A stretch of DNA of 64,000 bases from a virus (Duplodnaviria; Caudoviricetes): positions 203 through 64,202 of the IMG/VR virus record IMGVR_UViG_3300034053_000021; one strand, given 5' to 3'. The notes under the pieces are model-generated. The model saw only the letters and a list, made by a program, of their open reading frames with translations. It did no database searches and was not told the DNA's origin. The position numbers and the translations under genes are program-made. Shown piece after piece: positions 44,601 to 53,585 of this stretch (its first letter is position 1; every line of letters starts with the position of its first letter).

Positions 44601-47600
44601 GCGCACAACGCCGCAGAAGATCCGCCAAGCACTGCGGAGCTGGTTCATCACGCCCGAGCAGGCGTCGTCACGGTTGGTGGTTTCCGCGACTCCCGACGAA
44701 TTACCGACAGGTGTCAAAGCTAAGGCGGAAGCCGCCGAGGGATTCACCGGATGGGACCAAACCCAAGCCTTCGTCCTCGACGGCAAGGGCTACATGATCG
44801 CGGACAACATCGCCGCTGGTAACGAGCTGGCGGTATTCATGCACGAGATCGGCGCACACATCGGTCTGGACGGGCAAGAGTCCGCGATCATGGGGCGGGT
44901 GAACTTGTGGAGCACCGCCAAGGAAGGCACCACGGAGCGGCAGGTCTACGACGCCATGCAGAGCCGCATGGAGGCCGCAGGCGAGACTTCCCAGACCGAG
45001 CAGGTGGCATACGCTGTCGAGGAGGCGGTGAAGGCCGGCGTGACCCCCAAGGCTGTCAAGACAGGCATGAAGCTGTCGGACGTGAAGACCGCCCAAGACC
45101 TCGTGAATTGGCTCGCCCAGTACTTCAAAGCCGCAGTCGACAAGGTGTTCAAGACCAACACCCGCGGGTTCAATGCCCAGCAGTTGGTCGACTTGACGTA
45201 CGGCGCAGCGCGGGAGGCGATGGATACTCAGGAAGTCGGCGCTGGCAAGACGGCGATGTCGAAGACAGAACCGCAATTCTCCAAGTCCGCAGAGGTCATG
45301 CCTCAGACGTACAGGAAAATCCTCGGCGACGGCGGGGTGCAGGTATATGACCAATTCCGCGAGCTGCTCTCCAAGGTGGCCAACGAAGGCGGGTCGCTGT
45401 CGAACATGGTCCGCCGGATGGAGAAGACTTTCCCGGTCATGAAGCAGTGGCACGACGTAATGATTGACATTGCCGAGGCGCGGACGGTGCGCGAGCAGGT
45501 GGCAGATGACATTCTGAGCCGGGCGTCGCTGATGGGCAACGACTCATACAAGCGGGTAGCCGAATTCGTCTACAACTCGACATGGGACCAGAAGTGGGCG
45601 TACGACCCGGAATTCACCAAGACGGTGGTCGAGGGCGACAAAGAGACGTTGGAGAAGGTTGAGGTCAAGGTCGATCCGACGTTCGCCAAGGAGTTCAAGG
45701 CGCTCTCCGCCGAGGAGCAGCAGCTGGTCAAGGACATCTTCGCTCACGGGCACAACAACCGTGAGGCGCTGCGCGGCATCATGCGCAAGCTGAAGCTCGA
45801 CGACAGGCTCTTGCGGGTTACCCAGCTTGACGGCCCCTACGCGCCGCTGCGTCGCTTCGGCCAGTACGTCGCCGAGGTCAAATCCCAGCGCGTGATGGAT
45901 TTGGAGCGACAGCTGGAGGCAGCGAAGGACACCGACGACGAGACCCAGAGCAAGGGGTTCAGCGCGATCCGCAAGGAACTGACCGAACTGAAGCGTCAGG
46001 AGCAGCACTATTCGCTGACCTTCCACGACACGATCGGCGTCGCCAAGAAGAAAGAGCGCGACATGCTCGCCACCGGGCGGTATTCGACCGACCCCAAGGC
46101 GCACTACGCAGGCGAGCGGCTGGATCAGGCGTTCAGTCAGGACGAGATGCCGCAGGATGTCTTGCAGCGGGTGATGGGCGAGATCAAGGCCGCATCCCTG
46201 ACCGACGACAAGGTGGCGCCGATCCGCGCCCAGCTGGAGAGCATGGTTACCGACATGTACCAGCGCACGACCGAAGACCACTTGGCCCGGCAGGCGATGA
46301 AGCCTCGGAAGTACCGGTTCGGCGCGGACACGGACATGATCCGCTCATTTGGTATGCAGGCCAAGGCGGATGCAATCTTTCTCGCGCACATGGAACACGG
46401 TGGCCGGCTGAACGGGCTGACCAGCGAGATGTACCAAAAGGCGCGCAAGTCCAAAGATCCGAAGATCGTCAGTGCAACCAATACTGCACTGACGCACCAG
46501 CGGCTGATGGCTGAGTACAAGGAAACCCCGGTTCAGGACACCCTCAAGGGGGCGATGTCGATCTGGCAGCTCGGGCTGAACCCGGCCTACCACGTGCAGA
46601 ATGCGACCCAGACGGTGATGAAGTCCGCCCCGATGATTGCCTCTGAGTTTGCTGGCGACCCGGGGTCGAGCTGGACGGCAGACTACGTCCAGACGATGAA
46701 GCTCATCACCGAGGGGTACAAGGACTGGGCCAAGTACGTCAAGGACGGCAAGATCCAGTTCGAGCGTATTCCCGCAGGGCTCCGCGAAGCCATGCAGCAC
46801 GCGGCGCGGCGTAACCTCATTGACGTGGGTCTGATCGACGACTTCGACCAGCTCAACCGGTGGGACTCTGGGTTCGAGAGTGTTAACGCCCTGACCCTGC
46901 AGGCGCGCAAGTTTGCGCACCGGGTACGGCAGGTGGCTCGGCACGTCGAGCGGATGAACCGGGTCACGGCGGCGTCGGCCGCGTACAAGATGGCGATCGC
47001 CAAGGGGCGCACGCAGGAGCAGGCGGAATACTTCGCCATCCGCGTTCTGGAGGACACCCAGGGCGACAACTCGCGGCTGGATGCCCCGCTCATCATCAAG
47101 CGGCTGCCTAAGGTGCTGACGATCTACAAGCGCTACCAGCTGATGGTTGCGGCGCTCTACACCAAGGCGTTCCACGATGCGTTCCGGGGCGCGGATGCGG
47201 CGACCCGGGCTGTCGGCCGGCGGATGTTGGGGCTGCAGTTGATGCACGCATTCGCGATGGGTGGGGTGCTCGGGCTACCGCTGGTGAATATCGCGCAGCT
47301 GGTTCTGCCACACTTGTTTGGCGATGACGACGCGCCGAAGGATGAGGACTGGCTGGAGCGGCAGTTCCGCGAGATGGGCGTGCCCACAGCACTACTGAAG
47401 GGCGGACTCAACGCCGCGATCGGGTTGGACATGGGTGCCAAACTGGGTGACCAGAACGTGTTCTCGATCCTGCCCTTCACCGACATCGACTTCACCAGCA
47501 AGAAGGGCGTCATGGACATGGCGGTTGGCATGATGGGACCGGTGGGCACCGAGGCACTGCGTATGGCCGACGGTCTGGAGCTCATCAAGCAGGGCAACAC

Positions 47601-48069
47601 CGCCAAGGGTGTTGAAAAACTGGTGCCTCGCGGCGTGACCAACGGGATGCAGGCATGGCGCCTCGCCAACGAGGGGATCACGGTGCGTAATGGCGACGTT
47701 CTGGTGCAGCCGGAAGACCTCAGCACATACCAGCTCTTCCTGAAGGGCCTCGGCATGCCGCCTGCACAGCTCAACGACTACCAGTGGATACAATCGCAGC
47801 AGATCGAGGTGTCCAAGTTCTACCGCGAGAAAGAGCAGACGCTGCGCAACCGATACGCCCGCGCTGCCAAGGCGGGGGACACTGCCGAAATGCAGGATCT
47901 TGCCGATACGTGGGAAAATCTGCAGGCAGCCAAGGGCAACTTCGCGCCGTACTTCAACAACTCCCCCAAGGAACTGAAGGCCAAGCCGCTTCGCATCCTG
48001 CGCGAAGCCCCCGAGAAACAGCAGAAGCGCGAGGCCGATGCCCAAGCGCGGATACCCGAGGAAATATGA
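41698..48069 (+). CDS. Large polyvalent internal virion protein (zincin-like HExxxH + PLxRFG-type domain)
   Basis: 2123 aa; VFMHEIGAHIG; YAPLRRFGQY. Confidence 0.8.
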   Translation: MPSIQDVRKQYPQDTAGLTDYGIAEKFASANSVPVWKAAEELGVEIPRVETGLFDSLQRGLGIGLTGVGSIARDVPISAIQDAAGWVERQGRGVIERNPAQYNTTEDIMASPISAFAEKAAEGVGQFLPALAATAVTKNPYTLGAIMAANSAAGNVGETRSRQRELGQDSSEDILRAWAYGVPQVALDVALGPESLLLKGLAGGAGRGLTEAAAREVAERGVLATMGRGALYGAQEAPQEVAQSVLGRMATKEALTGADATEEYAMSAFGGLAGGMTMGAGIAPVQRAGASKFVDQIDAARQTLTTGVPQTYEEAQQWLAQREQATDFLRNVTENDFGLHQAEAFAAQQVGQQRTILDEAASQRQKEVDARIADQRETQEIEAMYEADTQRQEQLAMMPKALSELAKQREGTIPYTPASLADIPEPNLSLGVSKLRSRLPVTPETAELPAIEFASVTPPAPAEVASTQMSLPGMPYGGVLEAPTPVFAEADRFRAALAQLQLSGMPQPEVQAVTRDLQKVSGFQPEIGFGTQPSLSQLELLTKPAKPTTVAKPMPEVAAASRKPSRAAAAKIAVSEALARQKITPEQAQDFINEIDASDGKNAPAVLETLNGLSRPPAAAAEQRTEGQNPDAGASVGTASVGGVQPATDGQPGTAGGVVPSDQQPNPVAAAAATPVKENQDGLQKPQGQAPAQKVKEPRRDRKTKNPQATQAPQRPQGAETAEAPAAVQAGEEAEVLTGGTPDAVQEQSASEGVSRRQEPEVGLQEVGEGNAVDEVPAEEGQAEEKVRMAYPDNTGYPPEAAAYRNSVVDAMNGDISRAELKVKAVESGLPEGQLRAFTSRFDGGFTNTEHKEIEDARKAAETPVPALPQEALTKREVPDEVADLDTSEQDLKGELTALLDPKYGVRTTAKATRTRLQTLVDDFDQPDNRSTPEDRVAYQGYVRREMDKLVGREGIDYSKTVPNTAEERTTPQKIRQALRSWFITPEQASSRLVVSATPDELPTGVKAKAEAAEGFTGWDQTQAFVLDGKGYMIADNIAAGNELAVFMHEIGAHIGLDGQESAIMGRVNLWSTAKEGTTERQVYDAMQSRMEAAGETSQTEQVAYAVEEAVKAGVTPKAVKTGMKLSDVKTAQDLVNWLAQYFKAAVDKVFKTNTRGFNAQQLVDLTYGAAREAMDTQEVGAGKTAMSKTEPQFSKSAEVMPQTYRKILGDGGVQVYDQFRELLSKVANEGGSLSNMVRRMEKTFPVMKQWHDVMIDIAEARTVREQVADDILSRASLMGNDSYKRVAEFVYNSTWDQKWAYDPEFTKTVVEGDKETLEKVEVKVDPTFAKEFKALSAEEQQLVKDIFAHGHNNREALRGIMRKLKLDDRLLRVTQLDGPYAPLRRFGQYVAEVKSQRVMDLERQLEAAKDTDDETQSKGFSAIRKELTELKRQEQHYSLTFHDTIGVAKKKERDMLATGRYSTDPKAHYAGERLDQAFSQDEMPQDVLQRVMGEIKAASLTDDKVAPIRAQLESMVTDMYQRTTEDHLARQAMKPRKYRFGADTDMIRSFGMQAKADAIFLAHMEHGGRLNGLTSEMYQKARKSKDPKIVSATNTALTHQRLMAEYKETPVQDTLKGAMSIWQLGLNPAYHVQNATQTVMKSAPMIASEFAGDPGSSWTADYVQTMKLITEGYKDWAKYVKDGKIQFERIPAGLREAMQHAARRNLIDVGLIDDFDQLNRWDSGFESVNALTLQARKFAHRVRQVARHVERMNRVTAASAAYKMAIAKGRTQEQAEYFAIRVLEDTQGDNSRLDAPLIIKRLPKVLTIYKRYQLMVAALYTKAFHDAFRGADAATRAVGRRMLGLQLMHAFAMGGVLGLPLVNIAQLVLPHLFGDDDAPKDEDWLERQFREMGVPTALLKGGLNAAIGLDMGAKLGDQNVFSILPFTDIDFTSKKGVMDMAVGMMGPVGTEALRMADGLELIKQGNTAKGVEKLVPRGVTNGMQAWRLANEGITVRNGDVLVQPEDLSTYQLFLKGLGMPPAQLNDYQWIQSQQIEVSKFYREKEQTLRNRYARAAKAGDTAEMQDLADTWENLQAAKGNFAPYFNNSPKELKAKPLRILREAPEKQQKREADAQARIPEEI

Positions 48070-48070
48070 C

Positions 48071-48445
48071 ATGGACTTGAACCCGAAAGGCCCTATCGCC
48101 CAAGCCGCTGGTCGTGACATGAGCCGCTCCGTCATGGACTACACGCCAGAAGAGCACGAGCAGCGCCAGAACATCACGACGGCGCAGGACATCGTCGACA
48201 TGCTCTCGAACCTGATCCCTGCCAAGGGGGCTGCAGGCTTCGCGGGTGCCGGCATCCTCAAGGGTATGCGCGGATCACAGGGCGGACTCAACCCAGCGTC
48301 CGTTGCCGGATTGCTACAGAGCCTGAATCGTCCGAAGGAAGCCAAGGCGCTCTACGGGCTGGCCCAGAAGGACATCCAGACCGCCAAAGACCCCGACTTC
48401 CTCGAAATGCTGTTCCGCGAGAGCGGCATCACCTCGCAGAAATAG
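48071..48445 (+). CDS. Hypothetical protein (last late gene)
   Basis: Start MDLNPK. Confidence 0.6.
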   Translation: MDLNPKGPIAQAAGRDMSRSVMDYTPEEHEQRQNITTAQDIVDMLSNLIPAKGAAGFAGAGILKGMRGSQGGLNPASVAGLLQSLNRPKEAKALYGLAQKDIQTAKDPDFLEMLFRESGITSQK

Positions 48446-48491
48446 CGTATACTGCGGTCTCTCCTCTCCCACCGGCGCAAAGCCGGCTTGG

Positions 48492-48527
48492 CCCCGGATC
48501 GAGCCTAGCTCTCCGGGGCGATTTTTT
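48492..48527 (+). terminator. Terminator between the converging late and replication blocks
   Basis: CCCCGGA...TCCGGGG followed by T tract. Confidence 0.6.
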
Positions 48528-48804
48528 ACCTACTGACACCTTCCAGTCTGTCAGCCACCAACTTCGCATACCCTGCGATATCCACCCAAGAGTCGGCGTA
48601 GTCCGGGTCGCCGTTGATGATTCGCCCGATCTTGTGGAAGATCATGTCGAGGGCTTCTTGCTGGTCAGGGGCTAAGCGTTTGTTTCGGGTGCATAGCGCC
48701 TCGAACGCGACGGCCTTTAGCCCGCAGGTCACTTCCGCATGGCCGGTAAACTTCCCATACCGGGCTCCCCGCTCGACTAGCACGGTTGTGATTTCTGTAG
48801 TCAT
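48526..48804 (-). CDS. DUF6378-like protein
   Basis: ERGARYG.F; HKIGRIINGDP.Y.DSW.DIAGYA.L. Confidence 0.8.
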   Translation of the reverse strand: MTTEITTVLVERGARYGKFTGHAEVTCGLKAVAFEALCTRNKRLAPDQQEALDMIFHKIGRIINGDPDYADSWVDIAGYAKLVADRLEGVSR

Positions 48805-48951
48805 CTCAATCTCCAAACAAAAAGGCTTCACCTGCACAGTCATCCCGAAGGAAGTTGGAGGACGGGCGAGTACCCGCACTGCGCATGTGAAGCCTTACTC
48901 GGTGTGTCCCTCCAAGGACTGGAGGAATCCTACCCGCGTTTTGCTGCGGCG

Positions 48952-51783
48952 TCATGCTGTCTTCACCGCAGTAAGGGAAACGGCACCGGTGACGATCTTG
49001 CTGTCAGCGGCGATCAGGTAACACTGCGACCGGCCGGTGATGAATTCGGTCTCGTCGCCCAGGCACTTGTTGGTGTTGTCCGCCAGCAGAACGCCGCGTT
49101 CCTGCAAGTGATCCAGAATGACCTGCAAGTCGTGGTTGTGCTCGACGCACCAGTTGCGTATGTGCCCCTTGGTGATCCAGATTCGGGCAGTATCCAGTTC
49201 GTGGCGTATCATCATCGTGCGCTTGGGTTCGCGGACCACGTCGGCCATGCCGTTCGGGGTGTGGGTTATGACGATGGTGTCCGTGATGTGCTGGTTCATG
49301 TACTCGACCAGCAGGTCGACCGGGGTCTTGGTCTCCAGAATCATGCCGCCTCGGGTTTCGAGAATGATGCGCTCGGCGTGGGCCTCGATCGCCTCTGGCG
49401 AGTAGTCGTGCAAGCCCAACATCTGGCCAATCTTCGCACCGACGATCGCTTGGGCGCACATGGCTGACCAAAATCGCTCCGGCGATTGGGCCTCGACCCG
49501 ATCACAGAATGTACGATAGGTATCTTGCGCCAACTTGCGCGCCGCGTCGACGTTCTTCACCAGCCACTCGGCGATGACGCCGCCGGCCAGCCCATAGTTG
49601 GAGTCAAGCGGGTTGAGCAGCTCCCGGGCCTCGGCCAGCGAGTAGATGCTCTGCTTGCGCACGGCGCGTTCGAGGATGCGCAGGGTCTCACCCGAGCCAG
49701 TCCCTTTGAGGTTGGTCAGCTTGGGTACCAGCGGGGCGTTGGACGTGCAGAACATGGTCGTCTGCCATGTCGTGGTGTTGGATCGCAGCGAGCGGTCTTG
49801 CTTGAGGGCTTCCTTGCCGCGGCCGTTGGACATGGCGTAGCACAGGTCGGACAGTTCCCAAGGCTCGATGTTAGTGATCTCGTCGTAGGTGACCGGCAGG
49901 TTGTTGTAGCACCCGATCACGGCGAGCTTGGCGTTGTTGGTGTCTTGGTGCAGCAGGGACTTCTCTGTCGGGATACCATAGATCGAGTGAATCATCTTGA
50001 GCACGGTGGACTTGCCCGCGCCGCCGTCGCCATGGAGGTTGAAGATCGATCCCTCGTAGCCGAAGAATTTGAACACCAGCTGCCCGAAGCCCATCATCAG
50101 GGCGAAGGCGTAGTCCTCGTACCCCTCGCGGTTGTATAGATTGGCTACCTGTCGCCAGACTGCCAGATCGCCCTTCTGGTCGAACTTGGGCACCACGTTG
50201 TTGAACTGTTCGTTGATCTTGACGGGCTTCATGCCGTCCTTGGTGTAGCGCCGGTTGCCGATGATGATCTCCCGGTCGTCCTTGCGCCAGCCGAACTGAC
50301 TGTAAATCTGATCTGCCGGCATCTGCCTCTGCAGGTTTTGGATGTAAGCGAGCATATACCCCACCAGTCTGTCTTTCTGTGCCATGTCGGGGAGGACTCC
50401 CCGACGCCCCAACAACTCCATCATTTTCTTGCTGTCGTACACCAGATACGCTGGTACAGGGTACTCCTGCCAGCCGTCTTGTGGTAGCCATGAGCGGAAC
50501 CAGATCACCTCAGTCTGCTCCAGCTCATCATACATCCGCCGCGTGGGGTGGATGTCGAAATCGTAGATCACCTCGGGGTCGATTTCCTTACCGTTCTCAT
50601 CCTTGACCCGGATGGCGATGGCCCCTGACGTGGTGCGCATGTAGGGATACGGCGGCTTGGGTAGCTCGATCGTGCTGGACTCACCGTTGCCGTGGTCGAT
50701 GACCATGGTGGGCTTGTCGTCGGCCTCCTTGAGTACCCGCCCGAGGACGATGGGGCTCTTGATCTTGCCGCGGTGTTCGCAGCCGTTACAACCGCCGGGA
50801 TTGCGGGAGTCGAACGTGTCGCACAGCGTCGGTCCGACGTTCTTGTCGGCCATCTGCTGCATCTTGAGCAGCGTCGCATCCTTGTCGTAGCCGGGGTGTT
50901 TGTGGCTGACCACAAGGGCCATTTTCTCAGCGTCCTTGCAGTGCCTGACGACTTGCAGGGTGGCGTACCAAACTGGTTCAGCCGTGGTCTCTTGATGTGC
51001 GACAGCTTGGTGAATCTGTTGGCACTTTTTGACGACATCCTTGAACTCTGCGGGCTCACCAGCGACCTCGAAACTCCCCAGCCCGGTATCCACTTGAGGC
51101 GCCGACGGCGTTGGTGCGGTGACTGGCTTGGCGTTGAACTGCTTGCTGGCAGCGGCGACTATCGCCATAAACGTCTTGGGGTCAGTGTCTGGCGCCGGGA
51201 TAGTGTTGAGGATCTTGACCTCTCGCGGGGCTGACCGGTCCTTGAAATTCAGGGTTCCCGGCACCCGCAGGACGCTAGAGCTGTCGGCAGTACGTACCGG
51301 ATCAGCATGCAGCCCATAGGCCACGGTCAGGGCTTTGAACAACCCGGCGCACCTGCGCCACGTCTCGGCACCGATCTGCTGCGTCATGGGCCAGTAGGCA
51401 TGCACCCCGTAGCCGGAGGACACCACGATAGGGTTGGGCAGCCCGCACTCGGAGCGGAACTTGGCCAGATGTTTGATCGCCTCAAGCTGGGTCTTGTACG
51501 CCTTGGTCTCCCCGACGTCGAGGTCGAGGAAGAATGCCTTGAGGGATGAGATGTTCTCTGCGACTCGGACGCGCTTCTTGCCAGCAGCATCGACGATCGA
51601 CTTTTCTTTCAGGGTACCGAGGGCGAAATAGACATCCTTCTGCTCCTCGACCAACATACCAATCATCCACTTCAGTTTGCCCTTGTCATCAGTGGCGAAG
51701 TGGTTAAAGCCTTTGTACTGGTTTGGGGACGCCACGCACACAAAGCCTGCAGGCGACAGAACACGGGATAGAAAGTCCAACAT
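48952..51783 (-). CDS. Primase-helicase (N-terminal primase, DUF927-type helicase)
   Basis: LDLD, SSG.G.H.YW, VLRVPGT.N.K primase motifs; GDGGAGKS Walker A; YDE. Confidence 0.9.
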   Translation of the reverse strand: MLDFLSRVLSPAGFVCVASPNQYKGFNHFATDDKGKLKWMIGMLVEEQKDVYFALGTLKEKSIVDAAGKKRVRVAENISSLKAFFLDLDVGETKAYKTQLEAIKHLAKFRSECGLPNPIVVSSGYGVHAYWPMTQQIGAETWRRCAGLFKALTVAYGLHADPVRTADSSSVLRVPGTLNFKDRSAPREVKILNTIPAPDTDPKTFMAIVAAASKQFNAKPVTAPTPSAPQVDTGLGSFEVAGEPAEFKDVVKKCQQIHQAVAHQETTAEPVWYATLQVVRHCKDAEKMALVVSHKHPGYDKDATLLKMQQMADKNVGPTLCDTFDSRNPGGCNGCEHRGKIKSPIVLGRVLKEADDKPTMVIDHGNGESSTIELPKPPYPYMRTTSGAIAIRVKDENGKEIDPEVIYDFDIHPTRRMYDELEQTEVIWFRSWLPQDGWQEYPVPAYLVYDSKKMMELLGRRGVLPDMAQKDRLVGYMLAYIQNLQRQMPADQIYSQFGWRKDDREIIIGNRRYTKDGMKPVKINEQFNNVVPKFDQKGDLAVWRQVANLYNREGYEDYAFALMMGFGQLVFKFFGYEGSIFNLHGDGGAGKSTVLKMIHSIYGIPTEKSLLHQDTNNAKLAVIGCYNNLPVTYDEITNIEPWELSDLCYAMSNGRGKEALKQDRSLRSNTTTWQTTMFCTSNAPLVPKLTNLKGTGSGETLRILERAVRKQSIYSLAEARELLNPLDSNYGLAGGVIAEWLVKNVDAARKLAQDTYRTFCDRVEAQSPERFWSAMCAQAIVGAKIGQMLGLHDYSPEAIEAHAERIILETRGGMILETKTPVDLLVEYMNQHITDTIVITHTPNGMADVVREPKRTMMIRHELDTARIWITKGHIRNWCVEHNHDLQVILDHLQERGVLLADNTNKCLGDETEFITGRSQCYLIAADSKIVTGAVSLTAVKTA

Positions 51784-51933
51784 ATTTTTGTTCTCCAGAG
51801 GGGTACTGCGCAGGCTCCGGTGCGCAGTTATCGGAAGCCCTTTAGGCCATGCCCTCCGACAAAGGTGGAGCCTCTGGAGAGTTGATGTGTTGGAGCATCA
51901 ATGGAGGGCATGGGCTAAAGGGCTTCCGGGCGA
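51784..51933 (-). ncRNA. Structured 5'UTR of the primase-helicase (candidate cis-regulatory RNA)
   Basis: 14-bp and 11-bp perfect stems; inner loop has a 10-nt complement to the SD region. Confidence 0.65.
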
Positions 51934-51939
51934 AAGTCC

Positions 51940-51968
51940 AGATTACTCCGGACGATTTACGATGTCAA
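51940..51968 (-). promoter_or_regulatory. Promoter for the primase leader
   Basis: TTGACA-17-TAATCT. Confidence 0.65.
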
Positions 51969-52166
51969 GGCATCTTTGGTTCCCTCCGGGAGCATGACCA
52001 GCTCCTTCGCCGAGGTGCGCTGCCCGTCCTTCACCACAATTTCAACGGTGGAGAACCGCTGATTGCACAGCGAGCACTCCCTTCGTCGGCGGGTCTGATC
52101 CCGCGTGTGGGTCGTTTCGATCACACGCACCTCACGAGGAGGTGCTCCACAAAATTGACAGTTCAC
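51957..52166 (-). CDS. NrdR-like zinc-ribbon protein
   Basis: C.FCG....RVIET.....RRRREC..C..RFST.E. Confidence 0.8.
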   Translation of the reverse strand: MNCQFCGAPPREVRVIETTHTRDQTRRRRECSLCNQRFSTVEIVVKDGQRTSAKELVMLPEGTKDALTS

Positions 52167-52168
52167 GA

Positions 52169-53122
52169 TTACACCAGCCCGTCCAGCATCGAGCCGAGAT
52201 CGTCGTCGATGGCTTGTGCAGCAACCGGTGCCGGCGGAGCCGCCGGAGCGGGGGCCGGAGCGGGCGCGGGGGCAGGTTTCGGAGTTTCAGCTGCAGGTGC
52301 CGGAGCGGGAGCAGCGACATGTGCCGGGGCTTGCGACAGCATAGCTACCGCAGGAGCTTCCACTTCGCCGGACATGTCGACAGAATCCGCCGTGACTTCC
52401 AGCATCGCCTTGACCTCAGGCGACTTGGCCAGCTTGGTGATGCCGCCGATATCTGCTTCGCTGACGAACGACTGCGGCGTGAAGTATAGCTTGGGCACGG
52501 ACGCATCGGTATCGAACGAAACCCGGGTCACCACGCCTTCAGCGCGGACGCCGCGAGCCCCTAGCAACTTCGCATACTCGGCCAGAGTGTAGAGCCCCTT
52601 GGACGGTACGCCGTCACCAAACACGGACAACGCCTTCGCATCCAGTTGGTACACCAGCTGATCCGGGTCACCGGCGAGCATGACCGCCAGCCGCTTCGAG
52701 AACGCGCAAGCCCGCCCCTTGGTGCCATCTTCGTAGACCTTGGAGCCCTTCTCGTTTTGCGTACAGGTCGCGCACTTGGCTGCCTGCGGAGCCTCCGAGT
52801 CCTTGGCCGGAGCGACGCCGTCCGGGGAGTAGCATGCCGGCTTGTCTTTCTTGGCCGGGTCGTACTTGCCGGCGTAGAACGTACGGCTGATGGAGGCGTT
52901 GGCACCGAGGATGATGACATCCAAGAACGACTCGTCCTTGACCGCGATTTCCTGACCGCCTTGGATCAGCCGGAAGCGCGCACCCTTGAGACCGATGCGG
53001 TTGCGGCCATCGCCGAGACCGCCGAGGAGCTGGTTGGTTGCCGAGTCGCTGGTCGCGGCCAGATACGCCGGGACGGTGAGCGCGTTGGTGTTGCCGAACA
53101 GTGCTACGAGATTGGTACTCAT
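52169..53122 (-). CDS. Putative single-stranded DNA-binding protein
   Basis: LDVIIL..N....RT.Y.G.YD; CYS.DG; C.TC..N.KGS; GRAC; PA-rich linker and acidic tail. Confidence 0.65.
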   Translation of the reverse strand: MSTNLVALFGNTNALTVPAYLAATSDSATNQLLGGLGDGRNRIGLKGARFRLIQGGQEIAVKDESFLDVIILGANASISRTFYAGKYDPAKKDKPACYSPDGVAPAKDSEAPQAAKCATCTQNEKGSKVYEDGTKGRACAFSKRLAVMLAGDPDQLVYQLDAKALSVFGDGVPSKGLYTLAEYAKLLGARGVRAEGVVTRVSFDTDASVPKLYFTPQSFVSEADIGGITKLAKSPEVKAMLEVTADSVDMSGEVEAPAVAMLSQAPAHVAAPAPAPAAETPKPAPAPAPAPAPAAPPAPVAAQAIDDDLGSMLDGLV

Positions 53123-53126
53123 TTGG

Positions 53127-53531
53127 TTATTCTCCTTTGGTTGGACGACGTACGGTGATAATGGCCTCAAACATCACATCAAGCCCCGGGGGCAGCTCGT
53201 CGCCATGCTGCTCCAAGTAATCCTTCAGAACCGAGCGCGAGATACGCCGCTCGAACATGTCCAGCTGGTCGTTGGTCTTGACCCACTGGTGAAACGCTTT
53301 CCAGTCTTTGCAGGAGACCTGCATCTGTTTACCCTTGATGGCCGTACCGACGCCGTTCACCTTCAGGTTGTCCACCCCGAGTGTGTTGCATTGCAAGAGC
53401 AGCCATGCTTCGCACTTCTCCATCGCCTCTTTGTACTTGGCGTCCTCGGCCTCGTATGCCTTCTTGATCTCGCTACGCTTGTCGCGTAGCTTGATATACT
53501 TATCGACCACAGTATCAACTGTTAGCGTCAT
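53127..53531 (-). CDS. Conserved replication-module protein (coiled coil)
   Basis: YIKLRDKR; DW.AF..W; LPPGL. Confidence 0.7.
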   Translation of the reverse strand: MTLTVDTVVDKYIKLRDKRSEIKKAYEAEDAKYKEAMEKCEAWLLLQCNTLGVDNLKVNGVGTAIKGKQMQVSCKDWKAFHQWVKTNDQLDMFERRISRSVLKDYLEQHGDELPPGLDVMFEAIITVRRPTKGE

Positions 53532-53585
53532 CTCACTCTCCTAATAACGCCCCTAGCAGCAGGGCATGAACGAACTATACGCCCC

